Below are positions 63,112 to 64,000 of a stretch of 64,000 nt of DNA, one piece after another. The notes beneath the pieces were generated by a model. It had not been told where the DNA came from and did no database searches. It saw only the letters and a program-made list of their open reading frames with translations. Position 1 is the stretch's first letter; the number at the start of each line of letters is the position of its first letter. The stretch is taken from NCBI GenBank assembly GCA_002269645.1, contig NIVC01000033.1, positions 485,335 to 549,334 on the forward strand, in the 5' to 3' direction. Position numbers and translations under genes: made by a program. Source of the DNA: Macrostomum lignano. Lineage: Eukaryota.

Positions 63112-64000
63112 GAACAAACTGACACAACACACAGACTGAAATCTACACAAACAAACTGACACAACACACAGACTGAAATCTACACAAACAAACTGACACA
63201 ACACAAACAAACTGACACAACACACAGACTGACATCTACACAAACAAACTGAAATCTACACAAACAAACTGACATCTACACAAACAAACTGACACAACAC
63301 ACAGACTGACATCTACACAAACAAACTGACACAACACACAGACTGACATCTACACAAACAAACTGACACAACACACAGACTGACATCTACACAAACAAAC
63401 TGACACAACACAAACAAACTGACACAACACACAGACTGACATCTACACAAACAAACTGACACAACACAAACAAACTGACACAACACAAACAAACTGACAC
63501 AACACAAACAAACTGACACAACACAAACAAACTGACACAACACAAACAAACTGACACAACACAAACAAACTGACATCTACACAAACAAACTGACACAACA
63601 CACAGACTGACATCTACACAAACAAACTGACACAACACACAGACTGACATCTACACAAACAAACTGACACAACACAAACAAACTGACACAACACAAACAA
63701 ACTGACACAACACAAACAAACTGACACAACACAAACAAACTGACACAACACAAACAAACTGACACAACACAAACAAACTGACACAACACACAGACTGACA
63801 TCTACACAAACAAACTGACACAACACAAACAAACTGACACAACACAAACAAACTGACACAACACAAACAAACTGACACAACACAAACAAACTGACACAAC
63901 ACAAACAAACTGACACAACACAAACAAACTGACACAACACAAACAAACTGACACAACACAAACAAACTGACACAACACAAACAAACTGACACAACACACA
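63112..64000. repeat. AC-rich minisatellite of two related units of about 18-19 bp (ACAAACAAACTGACACAAC and ACACAGACTGACATCTAC), intronic
   Basis: Direct reading. Runs to the end of the window. Confidence 0.97.

Noticed and set aside
63313-63999. Cys/Val-rich ORFs (CVVSVCLCC...)
   Set aside because: These are reverse-strand translations of the AC-rich minisatellite.

Overview
Eukaryotic (animal) genomic DNA with short spliceosomal introns, GC/Ala-rich exons in AT-rich spacers and a heavy repeat load. The style resembles a free-living flatworm such as Macrostomum, but this is inference only. Host genes I can model: a 3-finger U1-type zinc-finger protein, riboflavin kinase, two DEG/ENaC channels (one intact with an atypical pore, one with a canonical pore but two in-frame TAGs), two tandem secreted PAN-like + fibrinogen-domain genes, a stathmin-domain (STMND1/CCDC198-like) gene, two tandem ACE (peptidase M2) genes, two orphan ORFs and the 5' exons of a gene running off the right edge. 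Mobile DNA: a LINE RT ORF, a four-level nested DNA-transposon stack (three levels with readable TSDs), hAT MITEs, a Tc1/mariner derivative carrying a CORE-like SINE, a two-copy tRNA-SINE family, and Gypsy, DIRS and RTE remnants. Several satellites are present. No rRNA, true tRNA or CRISPR array was found. I found no clear-cut new multi-gene system. The best leads are the ENaC pair, the mosaic ACE pair, the PAN-FReD pair and the nested transposon stack. All splice models and alignments were made by eye.
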